DNA from: an uncultured virus (IMG/VR IMGVR_UViG_3300008266_000011)
Taxonomy: Duplodnaviria > Heunggongvirae > Uroviricota > Caudoviricetes
Length of the DNA: 64,000 nucleotides
Direction: 5' to 3' (one strand)
IMG/VR virus record: IMGVR_UViG_3300008266_000011
Every line of letters begins with the position of its first letter. Within the stretch, counting starts at the first letter, position 1. Positions 1 through 9,341 of the stretch are shown piece after piece. A program made the translations under genes and the position numbers. The notes under the pieces are model-generated. The model was given only the letters and a program-made list of their open reading frames with translations, was not told the DNA's origin and made no database searches.

Positions 1-2087
1 CTGTTTTTCCAATGTCCGCCTTCAAATCGAGCCCAGGTTGTTAAAGCCGCAACGTTTGCATCAGTAACAGGTGCTCCAAGACTTCCAAGAAGTTTAGATG
101 CCCAATTATTTTGACTTCCTGTTCCCATTTTTCCTGTGTAATTACCAGATGCTCCCGCGCTCGCGCTCGCGCCCATGTACCCTGATAATTTGTTTCCCAT
201 TTTTTCAATAACTATTGGGCTAACTCCAGTGGCTGTGTACGCTGTATTTAAAGAAGATGGGTCTACCGGATTGTTTTGTCCAAATCTAACTTCGTAGTGA
301 AGGTGTGGGCCTGTTGAGTTGCCTGTATCTCCAGATTTTGCAATCTTTTGTCCCTTTGAAACTTTATCTCCAAGGTTTACTAGGCGTTCACTTAAATGAC
401 CATAAACAGTTTGGTAGCCATTCCCATGGTCTAGCACTATAGAAGTACCGTACTCATTTCCAGCATTTGTGCTAGATACTGTGCCATCCATGGCTGCTTC
501 TACAGGAGTTCCTACTGGCATTGCAATATCTGTACCCGTGTGTTTTCCTCCTGAAGATGCCCATAGTGAGTTATCTTGGGCGCCAAACATTGCGGTAACC
601 ATGCCACCTGGTGCTGCGTATAAACCTCCGCCTTTTCCACCCAATCTTTGTGCATTAAATGATGCGCCATAACCGGATGACCCTCCACCTTGTGGTTTGT
701 CATCCATAATCTCAGTAAGTGAAGTAAATCCTGCTGCTACCGTTGCAAGACCTGCAGCAATTCCTGCTCCTGCTATTCCTGGAAAAAGACTGGTTAATGA
801 CTTAGCCATATCCTTTAATCCTGAAGCAATAAGAGGAACACCAGTAGATACGGCTTCTCCTACGTTTGTTCCACCAGCGCCTTGAATAACTCCCTTTAGT
901 TCTGCAAGTGGACCAACTACTTTTTCCATTGCTCTATTGAACGCATCAACAACTTTTGCTGCTCTGTTAAACCCTTCAACCATTCTGTCTTCTGAGGCTT
1001 CATATAATCTTGTTTGAGCATAATTCATTTGCCCAACACCTTCAAGAATAGGAATGGCTTCTTTCTCTCCACGCATTGCAAGGTCTGGATTTTTGCCTTT
1101 TGCAATATCCATCATGGCAACTTGCATTATGTCTCTTTCAGCGCCTGTTCCAAACAAGTCTGTTAAAGTTCCTGATAAAGTTCCTGATTGAATAGCAAAA
1201 GCAATTTGCTCTGGAGTTGCTCCTCTACCTGCAGTTAATGTACTCATTAACTCTTTAGCAATAGCACCAGTAGACTTAAATTTTCCAGTAGCAGCATCAT
1301 ATGTATTAATTCCAAGGTTATAAAGCGCTGCTCCTGTAGGCGCAGAACGCAGACTGGCTAACGCACTTGCTGCAGCAGCATTATCAATTCCTAAATATCT
1401 AAACGCTCCAGCCGTTTCACCTACCATCATTTTATAATTTGAGGTTCCTGGCATAAAACCACGGCTTGCAAGAATTGGAGCAACTATTGCATCAGAACCA
1501 ACGCTTGACATTGCATTTCTTAATCCACCAGTTAACTGTTGATTAAGCATCTGTCTATTACCAGTGCCAAGACGTAGTGCTTGCTCTAATCCAACGCTTC
1601 GTTGTCCAAGAAGAGATATGTCTGGAGCAGCAGCGTACATACCTGCAGCAACACCTAGCCCAACTTTTGCGGCACCTTTAAATCCAAATTTAAAAGCATC
1701 TACAGGACCAAAAAATCCGGTGCCACCGCCTCCTCCGCCACCTCCACCGCCAGCCTGCGAAGTCATTAAACTTGCTTCTGGATTTCCTTGTCTAAATTGC
1801 CATGAGAAACTAAAGTTTCCAAGACTTGATGGCATCATCTTGCCGCCAGAAGACGGCTGTGAAGTTGGGAATTTGGCGTTGTCTGAACCAAGGTTCATTG
1901 TTGTAGAACCTTGACCAACGCCTATCTGCCCACCAGATTGTAGGACGCCCTGCGCACCCCCTAGAGCCTCAGTTGCTTTACCTGAAACTTTATCTAGAGA
2001 GTTGTATAGGGCGTCAATTTTTTGTTGCAGTTGACCAACGGCAGTAGTCAGGTCACGAACGTTAGACAGCATTTTATTATTTGCCAT
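1..2087 (-). CDS. Tape-measure-like tail protein with M23 peptidase domain (runs off the window start; missing from the ORF track)
   Basis: ATG at 2087 (MANNKMLSNVRDLTTAVGQLQQK); Gly/Ala-rich; same-frame M23 motifs HTGTD...YGHLS...GNSTGPHLHYEV at ~540-290; follows tube and chaperone genes. Confidence 0.8.
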   Translation of the reverse strand, partial: MANNKMLSNVRDLTTAVGQLQQKIDALYNSLDKVSGKATEALGGAQGVLQSGGQIGVGQGSTTMNLGSDNAKFPTSQPSSGGKMMPSSLGNFSFSWQFRQGNPEASLMTSQAGGGGGGGGGGTGFFGPVDAFKFGFKGAAKVGLGVAAGMYAAAPDISLLGQRSVGLEQALRLGTGNRQMLNQQLTGGLRNAMSSVGSDAIVAPILASRGFMPGTSNYKMMVGETAGAFRYLGIDNAAAASALASLRSAPTGAALYNLGINTYDAATGKFKSTGAIAKELMSTLTAGRGATPEQIAFAIQSGTLSGTLTDLFGTGAERDIMQVAMMDIAKGKNPDLAMRGEKEAIPILEGVGQMNYAQTRLYEASEDRMVEGFNRAAKVVDAFNRAMEKVVGPLAELKGVIQGAGGTNVGEAVSTGVPLIASGLKDMAKSLTSLFPGIAGAGIAAGLATVAAGFTSLTEIMDDKPQGGGSSGYGASFNAQRLGGKGGGLYAAPGGMVTAMFGAQDNSLWASSGGKHTGTDIAMPVGTPVEAAMDGTVSSTNAGNEYGTSIVLDHGNGYQTVYGHLSERLVNLGDKVSKGQKIAKSGDTGNSTGPHLHYEVRFGQNNPVDPSSLNTAYTATGVSPIVIEKMGNKLSGYMGASASAGASGNYTGKMGTGSQNNWASKLLGSLGAPVTDANVAALTTWARFEGGHWKN

Positions 2088-2088
2088 A

Positions 2089-2235
2089 CTAATCCCTTTC
2101 CCTGACATAACGGGCTACTTCTAGCCAGTTCTTACGTTCTCGTGGAGATAACGCTTTTATCTCCGTTAGTGTCCAACCTTTAAAAGACCTAGTGAGCGCT
2201 GCCCACTCCGCAATGAGTGTTTCATAACTCGTCAC
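2089..2235 (-). CDS. Small tail-assembly-chaperone-like ORF (possible frameshift extension of the upstream gene)
   Basis: 48-aa ORF VTSYETLIAEWAALTRSFKGWTLTEIKALSPRERKNWLE between chaperone and tape measure; no obvious SD. Confidence 0.6.
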   Translation of the reverse strand: MTSYETLIAEWAALTRSFKGWTLTEIKALSPRERKNWLEVARYVRERD

Positions 2236-2236
2236 G

Positions 2237-3040
2237 TTAGAATCGAAATAAGGTCCCGAAATTAACGGGAACTCTTACCTCTTTTCCTGTATCAGGGTCA
2301 GTCACAGTGACATTGTCAAACTGTGGCCCTGGGAGCCTTTTATTGATTTCATCAATGATGATTTTACGGTCTTGAATTCCGAGAGTTTGTACCTGGGATT
2401 TACTTAAAACTGGTGTTCCGTTTATTTCTGTAACAGTTCCTTCTAACATTAGAGTGGTCAATTCAGCAGATGACTTTTCAGAGTTCTTAATCATTTCTCT
2501 GTGAGTCTTGCCTGTTGGCAGTTGCACGGTGTAAATGTTCTTTTTGCCCTTTACAGTAAAGTAACGGTCATTTACCTTGTCCGATAGAGTCTTGATTGGG
2601 ATATCCGCATCAAGGTCTACTTCAACTTCCTTCATTTCTCCATCAATGTATACAGGGATTATTGTTGTGTTTCCAAAAGTGGCTTTGAATATTGCAAGAA
2701 GAAGAACATCACGGTCTGCAGATAAGATGCTATCTAGGACCTTATCGTCTGCCCGTTCTTCTCCTATTCTTACAGTACCTCTTTGCAGAATAGTTAACAA
2801 CGCTCTTCCCACATTTGGGGCTTTTGCTATTGCTTCTTCATCTGCGCCAGTGAGTTCTCTTACCTCTGCTTCATCGATGACTTCCCCAGTGGCTGTTATG
2901 TAGCCACCAGGGAGAGTCACGATATTGTTCGAAGGAGAAGTAATCTTTATTTCTTTTTGCTGTGGTTTTTCTTCCACAACATCACTGAGCATTTTATTTG
3001 CCAATGCGGGATTAGCCGCTGCACTAATTGTTTTCGACAT
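2237..3040 (-). CDS. Tail assembly chaperone / baseplate hub-like protein
   Basis: Position between tube and tape measure; VRELTGADEE and DRDVLLLAI motifs. Confidence 0.55.
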   Translation of the reverse strand: MSKTISAAANPALANKMLSDVVEEKPQQKEIKITSPSNNIVTLPGGYITATGEVIDEAEVRELTGADEEAIAKAPNVGRALLTILQRGTVRIGEERADDKVLDSILSADRDVLLLAIFKATFGNTTIIPVYIDGEMKEVEVDLDADIPIKTLSDKVNDRYFTVKGKKNIYTVQLPTGKTHREMIKNSEKSSAELTTLMLEGTVTEINGTPVLSKSQVQTLGIQDRKIIIDEINKRLPGPQFDNVTVTDPDTGKEVRVPVNFGTLFRF

Positions 3041-3052
3041 TATGTTCCTTTG

Positions 3053-3685
3053 TTAGTCTGCGAAGTCTGGTGCTTGTCCTGCTGCTGTAAGCGCTGTACC
3101 CCAGTTGATATCAAAGCCTTCGTGTACGAAGGTAACTTGTTCAACTAGAAGTGCATTGTCACCTGCGTTGAGGTCAGAGTATGCCACAGATGTAGGCCAT
3201 GCGTTGTAGACCTCAATACGCTTTGCTACATGGTCAGTAGCGGCAGCATTTGGGTCTCCAGCACCTGAAGCAGGAATTGGATGTGAAAGAACAGATACTT
3301 CAATATTGCAACGGAAGTTTTCTGCAATTGAACGTGTGCTGCCACCTGCTGCAACTGTTGCAAACAGAAGGCGCATCCATTCCCAGTTCTGGTTTGTTCC
3401 AAGCATTACACCACGCTGTAGTGTGAGCGGTGTGAATGTAGTTTGACCAGGAATCTGGTGAACGGTTGTGTTGTACCCACCCTCACGGTATGGGATGGAG
3501 TCTGTTGTTACCGACAGACCAGATACAGAGGTAAACCCAAAAGAAACAGAGTTTACGGCTCCACTGCGTAACGTTCCGCCCAGTGCTCCTGGGAATCCCG
3601 TTAGAGGTTTAAACTGGACAAGGAACCGAAAGTTACGTAACGGGTCGGTTACCAGTGTCGAGCGGTTATTGATTATTGTTGGCAT
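3053..3685 (-). CDS. Tail tube protein (T4 gp19-like)
   Basis: DPLRNFRFLV, YREGG, LTLQRG, YNAWP motifs; directly after sheath. Confidence 0.9.
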   Translation of the reverse strand: MPTIINNRSTLVTDPLRNFRFLVQFKPLTGFPGALGGTLRSGAVNSVSFGFTSVSGLSVTTDSIPYREGGYNTTVHQIPGQTTFTPLTLQRGVMLGTNQNWEWMRLLFATVAAGGSTRSIAENFRCNIEVSVLSHPIPASGAGDPNAAATDHVAKRIEVYNAWPTSVAYSDLNAGDNALLVEQVTFVHEGFDINWGTALTAAGQAPDFAD

Positions 3686-3706
3686 TTATTTCATTTCTCC
3701 TTCGAA

Positions 3707-5218
3707 TTAATTCGCGGTCTTTTGACTTAGGTCAATGACAACGAATTCTGCTGGATACTGGAGTGCGACACCCACTTGGATGCGTACCTCTCCGTTTGCA
3801 ATTGATTGTGCGGTGTTGTTTTCTCCATCGCACTTGATAAAGAACGCATCTGAGTTTGTTGCGCCACGTAGACCACCCTGATTCTTATATTCAACTAAGA
3901 ATGAGGAGATTACGGTGCGAAGTGATGCCCATAGTTTTTCATCATTGTTTTCAAAGATTGCAAACTCTGTGAGGTTCTTTAGTTGCTTGCGAATGTAGAT
4001 AAGCGAACGACGCATGTTGACATACTTGTTTGCTGTTCCATCCTGCTTGAGCGTACGTGCGCCCATGACGCAGATGCCTGCACCTGGGAGAGCACGGATT
4101 GCGTTGACTGGCGATGTGCTTGCGTTCATCGTGTCAAGTTCAGTTGATGTGAAGGTTCTCTCCATGACAACGGCGCCTTGAAGAACCACTCCTACACCTG
4201 CTGGAGCCTTAAATACACCACGTGATGCATCGTTTGATAGGTAGATACCTGCAAGAGCACCTGATGGCCCAATTTTACGAAGCGCACCAGCGCCACGTCC
4301 TAGTGGGTCAGCAATGAAGTAATTTGGGTAATAGACGGCTGCGTAACTTGTATCTGCAAGTGCAGCAGCAGCGCTTACTGCGTTTGCTGGAGTTAAATCT
4401 GGGTCAGTATCTACAACAACGAATCCGTTGTTATCTTCTGCCCAAGAAGTTGCTGCATCAAAAACGCCTGTAGTTCCAGAAGCAAGAGCGTTAGCAACTG
4501 GAAGGAACATTACAAGTGGACGCTCAAGATTTGAGAATCTAGTAAATACTGATGAACCACTAGCCTTGTAGTTGGTGTAATCAGTAGATGCTGTTGCAGT
4601 TCCATTTGAACCACCTGCAAGTGGGTAGGTTGCAGAAGTCAATGACTGTCCTGAATAACCTGAGTCCACTGTTACTGTGATATTTGGCGAAACAACGTTG
4701 ATTACGGTTTCTGCATAATCACTAGAAGTATCATCATCAAAAACGATGTTTTCATATCGTTCAAGAAGGATATCGTCAGAAATGTCGTTTGCTACACCTG
4801 ACTCTTTGTACAGAGTAAGTGTGTATGTGCTGGCTACCTGACCTGCTGAAAGAACTGCACGAAGGTTGTTTCCATCCGTTCCTGCATTCTTTGATTGAAT
4901 ATTAACTTGTGCTGCGCTACCGCTATCGACTAGGTCGGTATCGGCTTTTACAGCGTTGGATGCGAGTAGGCGCTGAACATAAAGTTCGCGTCCACCGTTT
5001 TGAAAGAATGCTGCTACCTGAAATGTTGCTGGATAAGAAGCGTTATATCCACCAAAGTACTTGGTAAAGTCATACCAAGAAGTTACACGAGTTACCGTTT
5101 CTGGTCCCTGTGCAAAAGGCGCAACTACTGCACCAGCGGCATCCGCACTTGGTCCTTGCGGAAGTGTTGCTGGTAATAGGCGTTCTGTAATATAAACGCC
5201 TGGGCGACTAAATGACAT
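3707..5218 (-). CDS. Contractile tail sheath protein
   Basis: RPGVYITE N-terminus, FFQNGG, GARTL, YVNMRR, FENND, PAEFVVI motifs. Confidence 0.95.
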   Translation of the reverse strand: MSFSRPGVYITERLLPATLPQGPSADAAGAVVAPFAQGPETVTRVTSWYDFTKYFGGYNASYPATFQVAAFFQNGGRELYVQRLLASNAVKADTDLVDSGSAAQVNIQSKNAGTDGNNLRAVLSAGQVASTYTLTLYKESGVANDISDDILLERYENIVFDDDTSSDYAETVINVVSPNITVTVDSGYSGQSLTSATYPLAGGSNGTATASTDYTNYKASGSSVFTRFSNLERPLVMFLPVANALASGTTGVFDAATSWAEDNNGFVVVDTDPDLTPANAVSAAAALADTSYAAVYYPNYFIADPLGRGAGALRKIGPSGALAGIYLSNDASRGVFKAPAGVGVVLQGAVVMERTFTSTELDTMNASTSPVNAIRALPGAGICVMGARTLKQDGTANKYVNMRRSLIYIRKQLKNLTEFAIFENNDEKLWASLRTVISSFLVEYKNQGGLRGATNSDAFFIKCDGENNTAQSIANGEVRIQVGVALQYPAEFVVIDLSQKTAN

Positions 5219-5248
5219 CTTTTCTCCTAACTAGGTTGAGTTTGTTCC

Positions 5249-5971
5249 TTATGGTGCCGTAATAGTTATGCCTTGAATTGCAGTGAATTGACCACGACCA
5301 ATAACCTGACTTCCATCAGTATTGCCTTCGTCGTCTGTAACACCAGTGATAGTAAGTTCTTGCGCCTTATAGAGTTTGGTGAAGGTTTCTTGTGCAATCT
5401 CGGATGAGATACGCACAGTGATTGCATTGACAAACAACCGTTTGCCATTTTCTGACACATCGCGTTTTGCGATATCCAGAACATCCAAACGACGATGTGT
5501 GCCATAGACGGTATTTGGCCCCGTCAAAAGGACAGCAAATCGAAGTGGAATCTTTGTGTTTAGTAACTGCGCCAATATTTGGCGGTCATGACGTGGTTGA
5601 CGTGAATATGTAGTAATTTGATAGTCAATGTTTACTGGGATTGGATAATCAATTTCCCAGGCATGGTCATCATCATCAAAGTTTACTTGCTGAACAAACT
5701 GAACTGACTGAGTGCCTTGTACACCAGCAACCATAACGGTTGGGTCTTGGATATATGCAGGACGAACCTTGCCACGCATAGCACGTGTGAAATCTTCGGC
5801 AATATCAATCATATCGATTGTAATGTAGGGATACTTCTGCTCACGTAACTCTTGGTCAGGTTGACCAAACCATACGCCAACGTTACGAGCAGCGTTCTGC
5901 TTTTGGTCAGTTACGGTCATCCCAAGGAGTAAGTCTCTTAGGGCTTCATCTTCATCAAGTAGGAAACTCAT
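5249..5971 (-). CDS. Putative tail completion / terminator protein
   Basis: Immediately upstream of sheath; YPYITID motif; positional inference. Confidence 0.5.
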   Translation of the reverse strand: MSFLLDEDEALRDLLLGMTVTDQKQNAARNVGVWFGQPDQELREQKYPYITIDMIDIAEDFTRAMRGKVRPAYIQDPTVMVAGVQGTQSVQFVQQVNFDDDDHAWEIDYPIPVNIDYQITTYSRQPRHDRQILAQLLNTKIPLRFAVLLTGPNTVYGTHRRLDVLDIAKRDVSENGKRLFVNAITVRISSEIAQETFTKLYKAQELTITGVTDDEGNTDGSQVIGRGQFTAIQGITITAP

Positions 5972-6285
5972 AGGTCATCCTCGATATGCTTGAAGAGACG
6001 GTTTACAAAGAAGTGCTCTGCTTCTGCGGTGCGGTTGTTAAAACGACGAACGGCAGCCGTAGGCTGGGTATTTGGAGTGCCGTATTCAAAATCTCTTGCC
6101 TTATCAAAGTGCTTCTTACTCACATTAGATGTGAAGCCATCTTTTCCGTAGGTGACGTTCATAGAACTGACTACGTCTTCAGACCAGCCGCTCTTTCGCG
6201 CCTCCGTGCGCAGGTGCGCAGAAAGGAGCCTAGTCGTTTCTCGACTAGCCATATTTAGGGCGCTATTTAGTTTATTTTTATTCAA
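5968..6285 (-). CDS. Putative neck/tail-joining protein
   Basis: FEYGT motif, position. Confidence 0.45.
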   Translation of the reverse strand: MNKNKLNSALNMASRETTRLLSAHLRTEARKSGWSEDVVSSMNVTYGKDGFTSNVSKKHFDKARDFEYGTPNTQPTAAVRRFNNRTAEAEHFFVNRLFKHIEDDL

Positions 6286-6464
6286 TTCTTTTTGGCCTTT
6301 TTCACAGATGAGGCGGCAACTTTTCCACCGACATAGCCTGCGATAAGACCAGCAATTATTGGGCGTTTATCTTTTGGTTTCCAACCAAAAATGCCACGCA
6401 TGAACTCTTCTGCTTCTTTTCCGTTCATTTCAGCGGCACGTTCGTACCAAGGCTTCCAAGCCAT
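6282..6464 (-). CDS. Hypothetical small protein
   Basis: SD-like AAGGGG, 4-nt overlap with next gene. Confidence 0.55.
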   Translation of the reverse strand: MAWKPWYERAAEMNGKEAEEFMRGIFGWKPKDKRPIIAGLIAGYVGGKVAASSVKKAKKN

Positions 6465-6534
6465 TTAAATCCCCTTTATCGCAAGTAGTGGGTACTACAC
6501 GGAGTCCGCACGGATTTCCGATAAGGATAGGATA

Positions 6535-6562
6535 AACAAAAGGGGCCCCTTTCGAGGCCCCA
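6535..6562 (-). terminator. Rho-independent terminator
   Basis: Minus strand GGGGCCtcgaaaggGGCCCC followed by TTTTGTTT. Confidence 0.75.
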
Positions 6563-6567
6563 ACTTG

Positions 6568-6834
6568 TTACTTCTTTTCTTTCTTTTCTTTCTTCTTTTC
6601 CTCTTTTTCGCCCTTCTTGCCTTCCTTCTTTTCGTGGGCCTTTTCTTTCTTCTTTATGCCCTTGATAATCTTCTTATCGATGGCCTTGTCCTCTTCAAGA
6701 GTCTTTGGCTTCTTCTTTTTGCCGTGAGCCTTGTCTTTCTTTTCAAACTCTTCTTTTTGCTCTTTGTCAAAACCAGCCTTTTTTAATAGGCCCTTGTCTT
6801 TCTTTTCATCGGCCTCTTTGGTGTATTTAGCCAT
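6568..6834 (-). CDS. Lys/Glu-rich small protein
   Basis: ORF track; TAATG coupling to upstream ORF. Confidence 0.65.
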   Translation of the reverse strand: MAKYTKEADEKKDKGLLKKAGFDKEQKEEFEKKDKAHGKKKKPKTLEEDKAIDKKIIKGIKKKEKAHEKKEGKKGEKEEKKKEKKEKK

Positions 6835-6971
6835 TACATACCACGCTTTCTAGGTAGAGCCTGCTTTTTGCCTTTGGAGGCACGAAGAGCCTTAAAATCG
6901 GCCCCATCAATCTTCTTCTTGTTTCCAGCAACTGCAGCAATCTTCTTCTGCTTAGGAGATAGTTTTTTCAT
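6834..6971 (-). CDS. Lys-rich 45-aa protein
   Basis: Translated by hand: MKKLSPKQKKIAAVAGNKKKIDGADFKALRASKGKKQALPRKRGM. Confidence 0.6.
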   Translation of the reverse strand: MKKLSPKQKKIAAVAGNKKKIDGADFKALRASKGKKQALPRKRGM

Positions 6972-7037
6972 TTATTTTTTTCCTTTACAAACTTTGCATT
7001 TGCACTTGCAATTCTTCATATCACAGGAGAGAGCCAT
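6972..7037 (-). CDS. 21-aa Cys/Lys micro-protein
   Basis: MALSCDMKNCKCKCKVCKGKK, coupled on both sides. Confidence 0.45.
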   Translation of the reverse strand: MALSCDMKNCKCKCKVCKGKK

Positions 7038-7153
7038 TACTTCTTCTCCTTCTTCTTGTCCGCCTTCTTCTTGGCGTACTTTTTGTTAGCAGCGGCTAGA
7101 GTCTTTTCTCCGTGCTTATCTTTTGGTTTCATACATCCACATGTAGCACACAC
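7037..7153 (-). CDS. Lys-rich 38-aa protein with CxxCGC start
   Basis: MCATCGCMKPKDKHGEKTLAAANKKYAKKKADKKKEKK; TAGTG/TAATG coupling. Confidence 0.55.
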   Translation of the reverse strand: MCATCGCMKPKDKHGEKTLAAANKKYAKKKADKKKEKK

Positions 7154-7302
7154 TATTTCTTACCTGCTTTCTGTTTTGTTGGCTTTGCAATCTTGTTCCT
7201 GCCTGAACGGTCTGGAACACAGTTAGGTACTTTACGCCCATTCTTCATCTTCATGCCAACTTGGATGTAGCCATCCCAGCATGGGTCAGACTTCTTAGCC
7301 AT
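7153..7302 (-). CDS. Basic 49-aa protein with CW.GY...G.K.KNG..VPNCVP motif
   Basis: MAKKSDPCWDGYIQVGMKMKNGRKVPNCVPD...; motif recalled from aquatic phage proteins. Confidence 0.65.
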   Translation of the reverse strand: MAKKSDPCWDGYIQVGMKMKNGRKVPNCVPDRSGRNKIAKPTKQKAGKK

Positions 7303-7508
7303 TATTTTTCCTTCTTGTGAGGATTCTTTTTGTGCCAGTCCTTAACGGCCTTGACACCCTGCTTAATTGTCTTAGAACCACCCTTTTTAGTCAGGTTAAT
7401 CTTGTCCCATTTCCCAGCCTTAGCCTTGGCTTCGTGGTCAACGACTACATCGCCCTTCTTGTTCTTCTTAACGGTGTGCTTTACGCCACTGACTTTGACT
7501 GTCTTCAT
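7302..7508 (-). CDS. Lys-rich small protein
   Basis: ORF track; coupled. Confidence 0.6.
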   Translation of the reverse strand: MKTVKVSGVKHTVKKNKKGDVVVDHEAKAKAGKWDKINLTKKGGSKTIKQGVKAVKDWHKKNPHKKEK

Positions 7509-7690
7509 ATAACTACCTTTTTACGATGAGTGTATCTAATTGGTGGCTTTGGCTTACGTATGTAGCCGCCCTTCTTTTTACGTAGCCTTGCGCCACCTGA
7601 TGAAAATTTAGACTCAGTTAAATTAGTACGCACCTGTTTCTGTGGCGCTTTTCCAGCACGAGCACCAGGTGACTTCTTTCTACGTGGCAT
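7505..7690 (-). CDS. Arg/Lys-rich small protein
   Basis: ORF track; coupled. Confidence 0.55.
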   Translation of the reverse strand: MPRRKKSPGARAGKAPQKQVRTNLTESKFSSGGARLRKKKGGYIRKPKPPIRYTHRKKVVI

Positions 7691-7869
7691 TATTTCTTCT
7701 TCTTTTTAGCCATGCCTGCTTCGCTCATAGCGATAGCGACTGCCTGCTTACGTGATTTAACTACTGGTCCTTTACCTGGACCCTTTTTGCCTGACTTTAA
7801 TTTGCCAGACTTATACTCCTTCATGACCTTTTCAACTTTACCTTTTTGTTTTGCAGTTGCTTTAGCCAT
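7690..7869 (-). CDS. Basic small protein (DUF6496-like)
   Basis: KVEKVMKEYKSGKLKSG...VKSRKQAVAIAMSEA. Confidence 0.7.
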   Translation of the reverse strand: MAKATAKQKGKVEKVMKEYKSGKLKSGKKGPGKGPVVKSRKQAVAIAMSEAGMAKKKKK

Positions 7870-8006
7870 TACTCTTCCTCTTCCTCTAGGGCTTCATCAT
7901 CGTTGTAATGGTCATCATAGTCCTCAGCCATGTCGAATTCATGGTCAATTTCTGCTATCAAATCTTCGTCAAAAAGGTCTGGGTCTATCTCTGGTTCAAA
8001 GGACAT
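7869..8006 (-). CDS. Very acidic 45-aa protein
   Basis: MSFEPEIDPDLFDEDLIAEIDHEFDMAEDYDDHYNDDEALEEEEE; SD AGGAG. Confidence 0.6.
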   Translation of the reverse strand: MSFEPEIDPDLFDEDLIAEIDHEFDMAEDYDDHYNDDEALEEEEE

Positions 8007-8014
8007 ACAATCTC

Positions 8015-8548
8015 CTACTCTGCGTACTGCTGGAACTGTGGGTCATTTACAAGTTCTTCAGCGTTTACCTGGTTGCAGTCAATTGTAACAACAGAATAGC
8101 GTTCCTTATACCTTCCTCGTGGGTTCACGCGGGTGGGCGTGAACACAGTATTCTGGAAGACAATACGGTCCTTGATATGTGCTGTTGGGTCGCTAATCAT
8201 TGCAGGAAGAAGTCTATTGATATCATCAACGGCAACTACTAGGCGCAAAGTATCAACGGTATAAAAGCCTCGTTCATTTAATATATTTGAACCACGAACT
8301 TGTTGCGCCAACATAACGGGCAAATCAAATGGCTCATCCCAACGGCGACCAAGACCATCGGTCTGATTAGACACGTCATAGATTGGGTCTACATAGTCTG
8401 CGTAGTTATCATCAAACTCGGTTGGGTTCCAGACCCACCAATCGACTATCGTTCCTACAGGGTCGCGTAGTTCATCAATCATGCCCTCATCCATAGACTT
8501 GGTTTCGAAGTCTATTTTAAATCGGCCCTGAACTTTGCTTCCACGCAT
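8015..8548 (-). CDS. Putative head closure / neck protein
   Basis: Position; D.IYD..W..P pattern; inference. Confidence 0.45.
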   Translation of the reverse strand: MRGSKVQGRFKIDFETKSMDEGMIDELRDPVGTIVDWWVWNPTEFDDNYADYVDPIYDVSNQTDGLGRRWDEPFDLPVMLAQQVRGSNILNERGFYTVDTLRLVVAVDDINRLLPAMISDPTAHIKDRIVFQNTVFTPTRVNPRGRYKERYSVVTIDCNQVNAEELVNDPQFQQYAE

Positions 8549-8586
8549 AGGATTGATTATCCCCTACTGTTACTGGAAAGAAAGTA

Positions 8587-8814
8587 TTAAGCGCCAGCGA
8601 TTGCTGCTGCTTCTTCCTCAGTTAGACCTAGGGCAGCAAGTTTGACCAATGCTGAGGCTTTAGCCTCTGCCTTGGCCTGTGCTGCTAAGAGTTCTTGCTC
8701 CTTGAGAGCAAGGTATTCTGCTTGTCTTACTTCACGTTCGGCTACTTCTTCGGCAGTAAGTTCTACTTCAGTAGTAACACCTGTAGAGCAATCTACAACG
8801 AGTTTTGTTGGCAT
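8587..8814 (-). CDS. Small fibre-associated protein
   Basis: KLAALGLTEEEA C-terminus, typical of fibre chaperone-like ORFs. Confidence 0.55.
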   Translation of the reverse strand: MPTKLVVDCSTGVTTEVELTAEEVAEREVRQAEYLALKEQELLAAQAKAEAKASALVKLAALGLTEEEAAAIAGA

Positions 8815-8823
8815 TTTATCTCC

Positions 8824-9339
8824 TTATGACTTTACTATTCCGTATAGTGACGCTGAAGAGTTTGTCACTAATGGGGCATAGAACGGGTCAAGTTCTATGC
8901 TTGTAATGGCGGTTCCATTAACTACTTTATTAGAATGTACGAATAGACCATTATTACCTGTACTATCGTTTTCTTGCGCACCTGTTGAACCTATTGCTTT
9001 ATTATTGCTACTTTTATAATCAGGAATGTAAATGTCAGCAATACCAAATACATTAGCAGTTGCACTAGCAGCGGTGGCTTCTCCAACGATATTAAAACCA
9101 GAATTTCCTGGAGTGTTGGCTGCTTTAGTATTGTTTACAGAGTAAAAACCAAACCAATACCTACTTGATTCAGAGTTAAGAGTAATATCAGTATCAGAAT
9201 AAAAGGTTGCTTCGTTTGTTCTAGTACTCATTTTGATAACTAAATCATCATAAATCTGTGGTATGTTCAAAAATTGAATAACATTTTGCGTTGCGGCTGT
9301 AACTGTTACTGTCTGAATTAATTTATATGTTATTGGCAT
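8824..9339 (-). CDS. Virion beta-rich protein, paralog 1
   Basis: F.NIPQ.Y.DL...AITSI...SLYGI shared with two neighbours. Confidence 0.6.
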   Translation of the reverse strand: MPITYKLIQTVTVTAATQNVIQFLNIPQIYDDLVIKMSTRTNEATFYSDTDITLNSESSRYWFGFYSVNNTKAANTPGNSGFNIVGEATAASATANVFGIADIYIPDYKSSNNKAIGSTGAQENDSTGNNGLFVHSNKVVNGTAITSIELDPFYAPLVTNSSASLYGIVKS

Positions 9340-9341
9340 TT

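Noticed and set aside
469..1914. Plus-strand ORFs in the track (469, 697, 1564)
   Set aside because: Antisense shadows of the minus-strand tape-measure/M23 gene, which the track missed because it runs off the window
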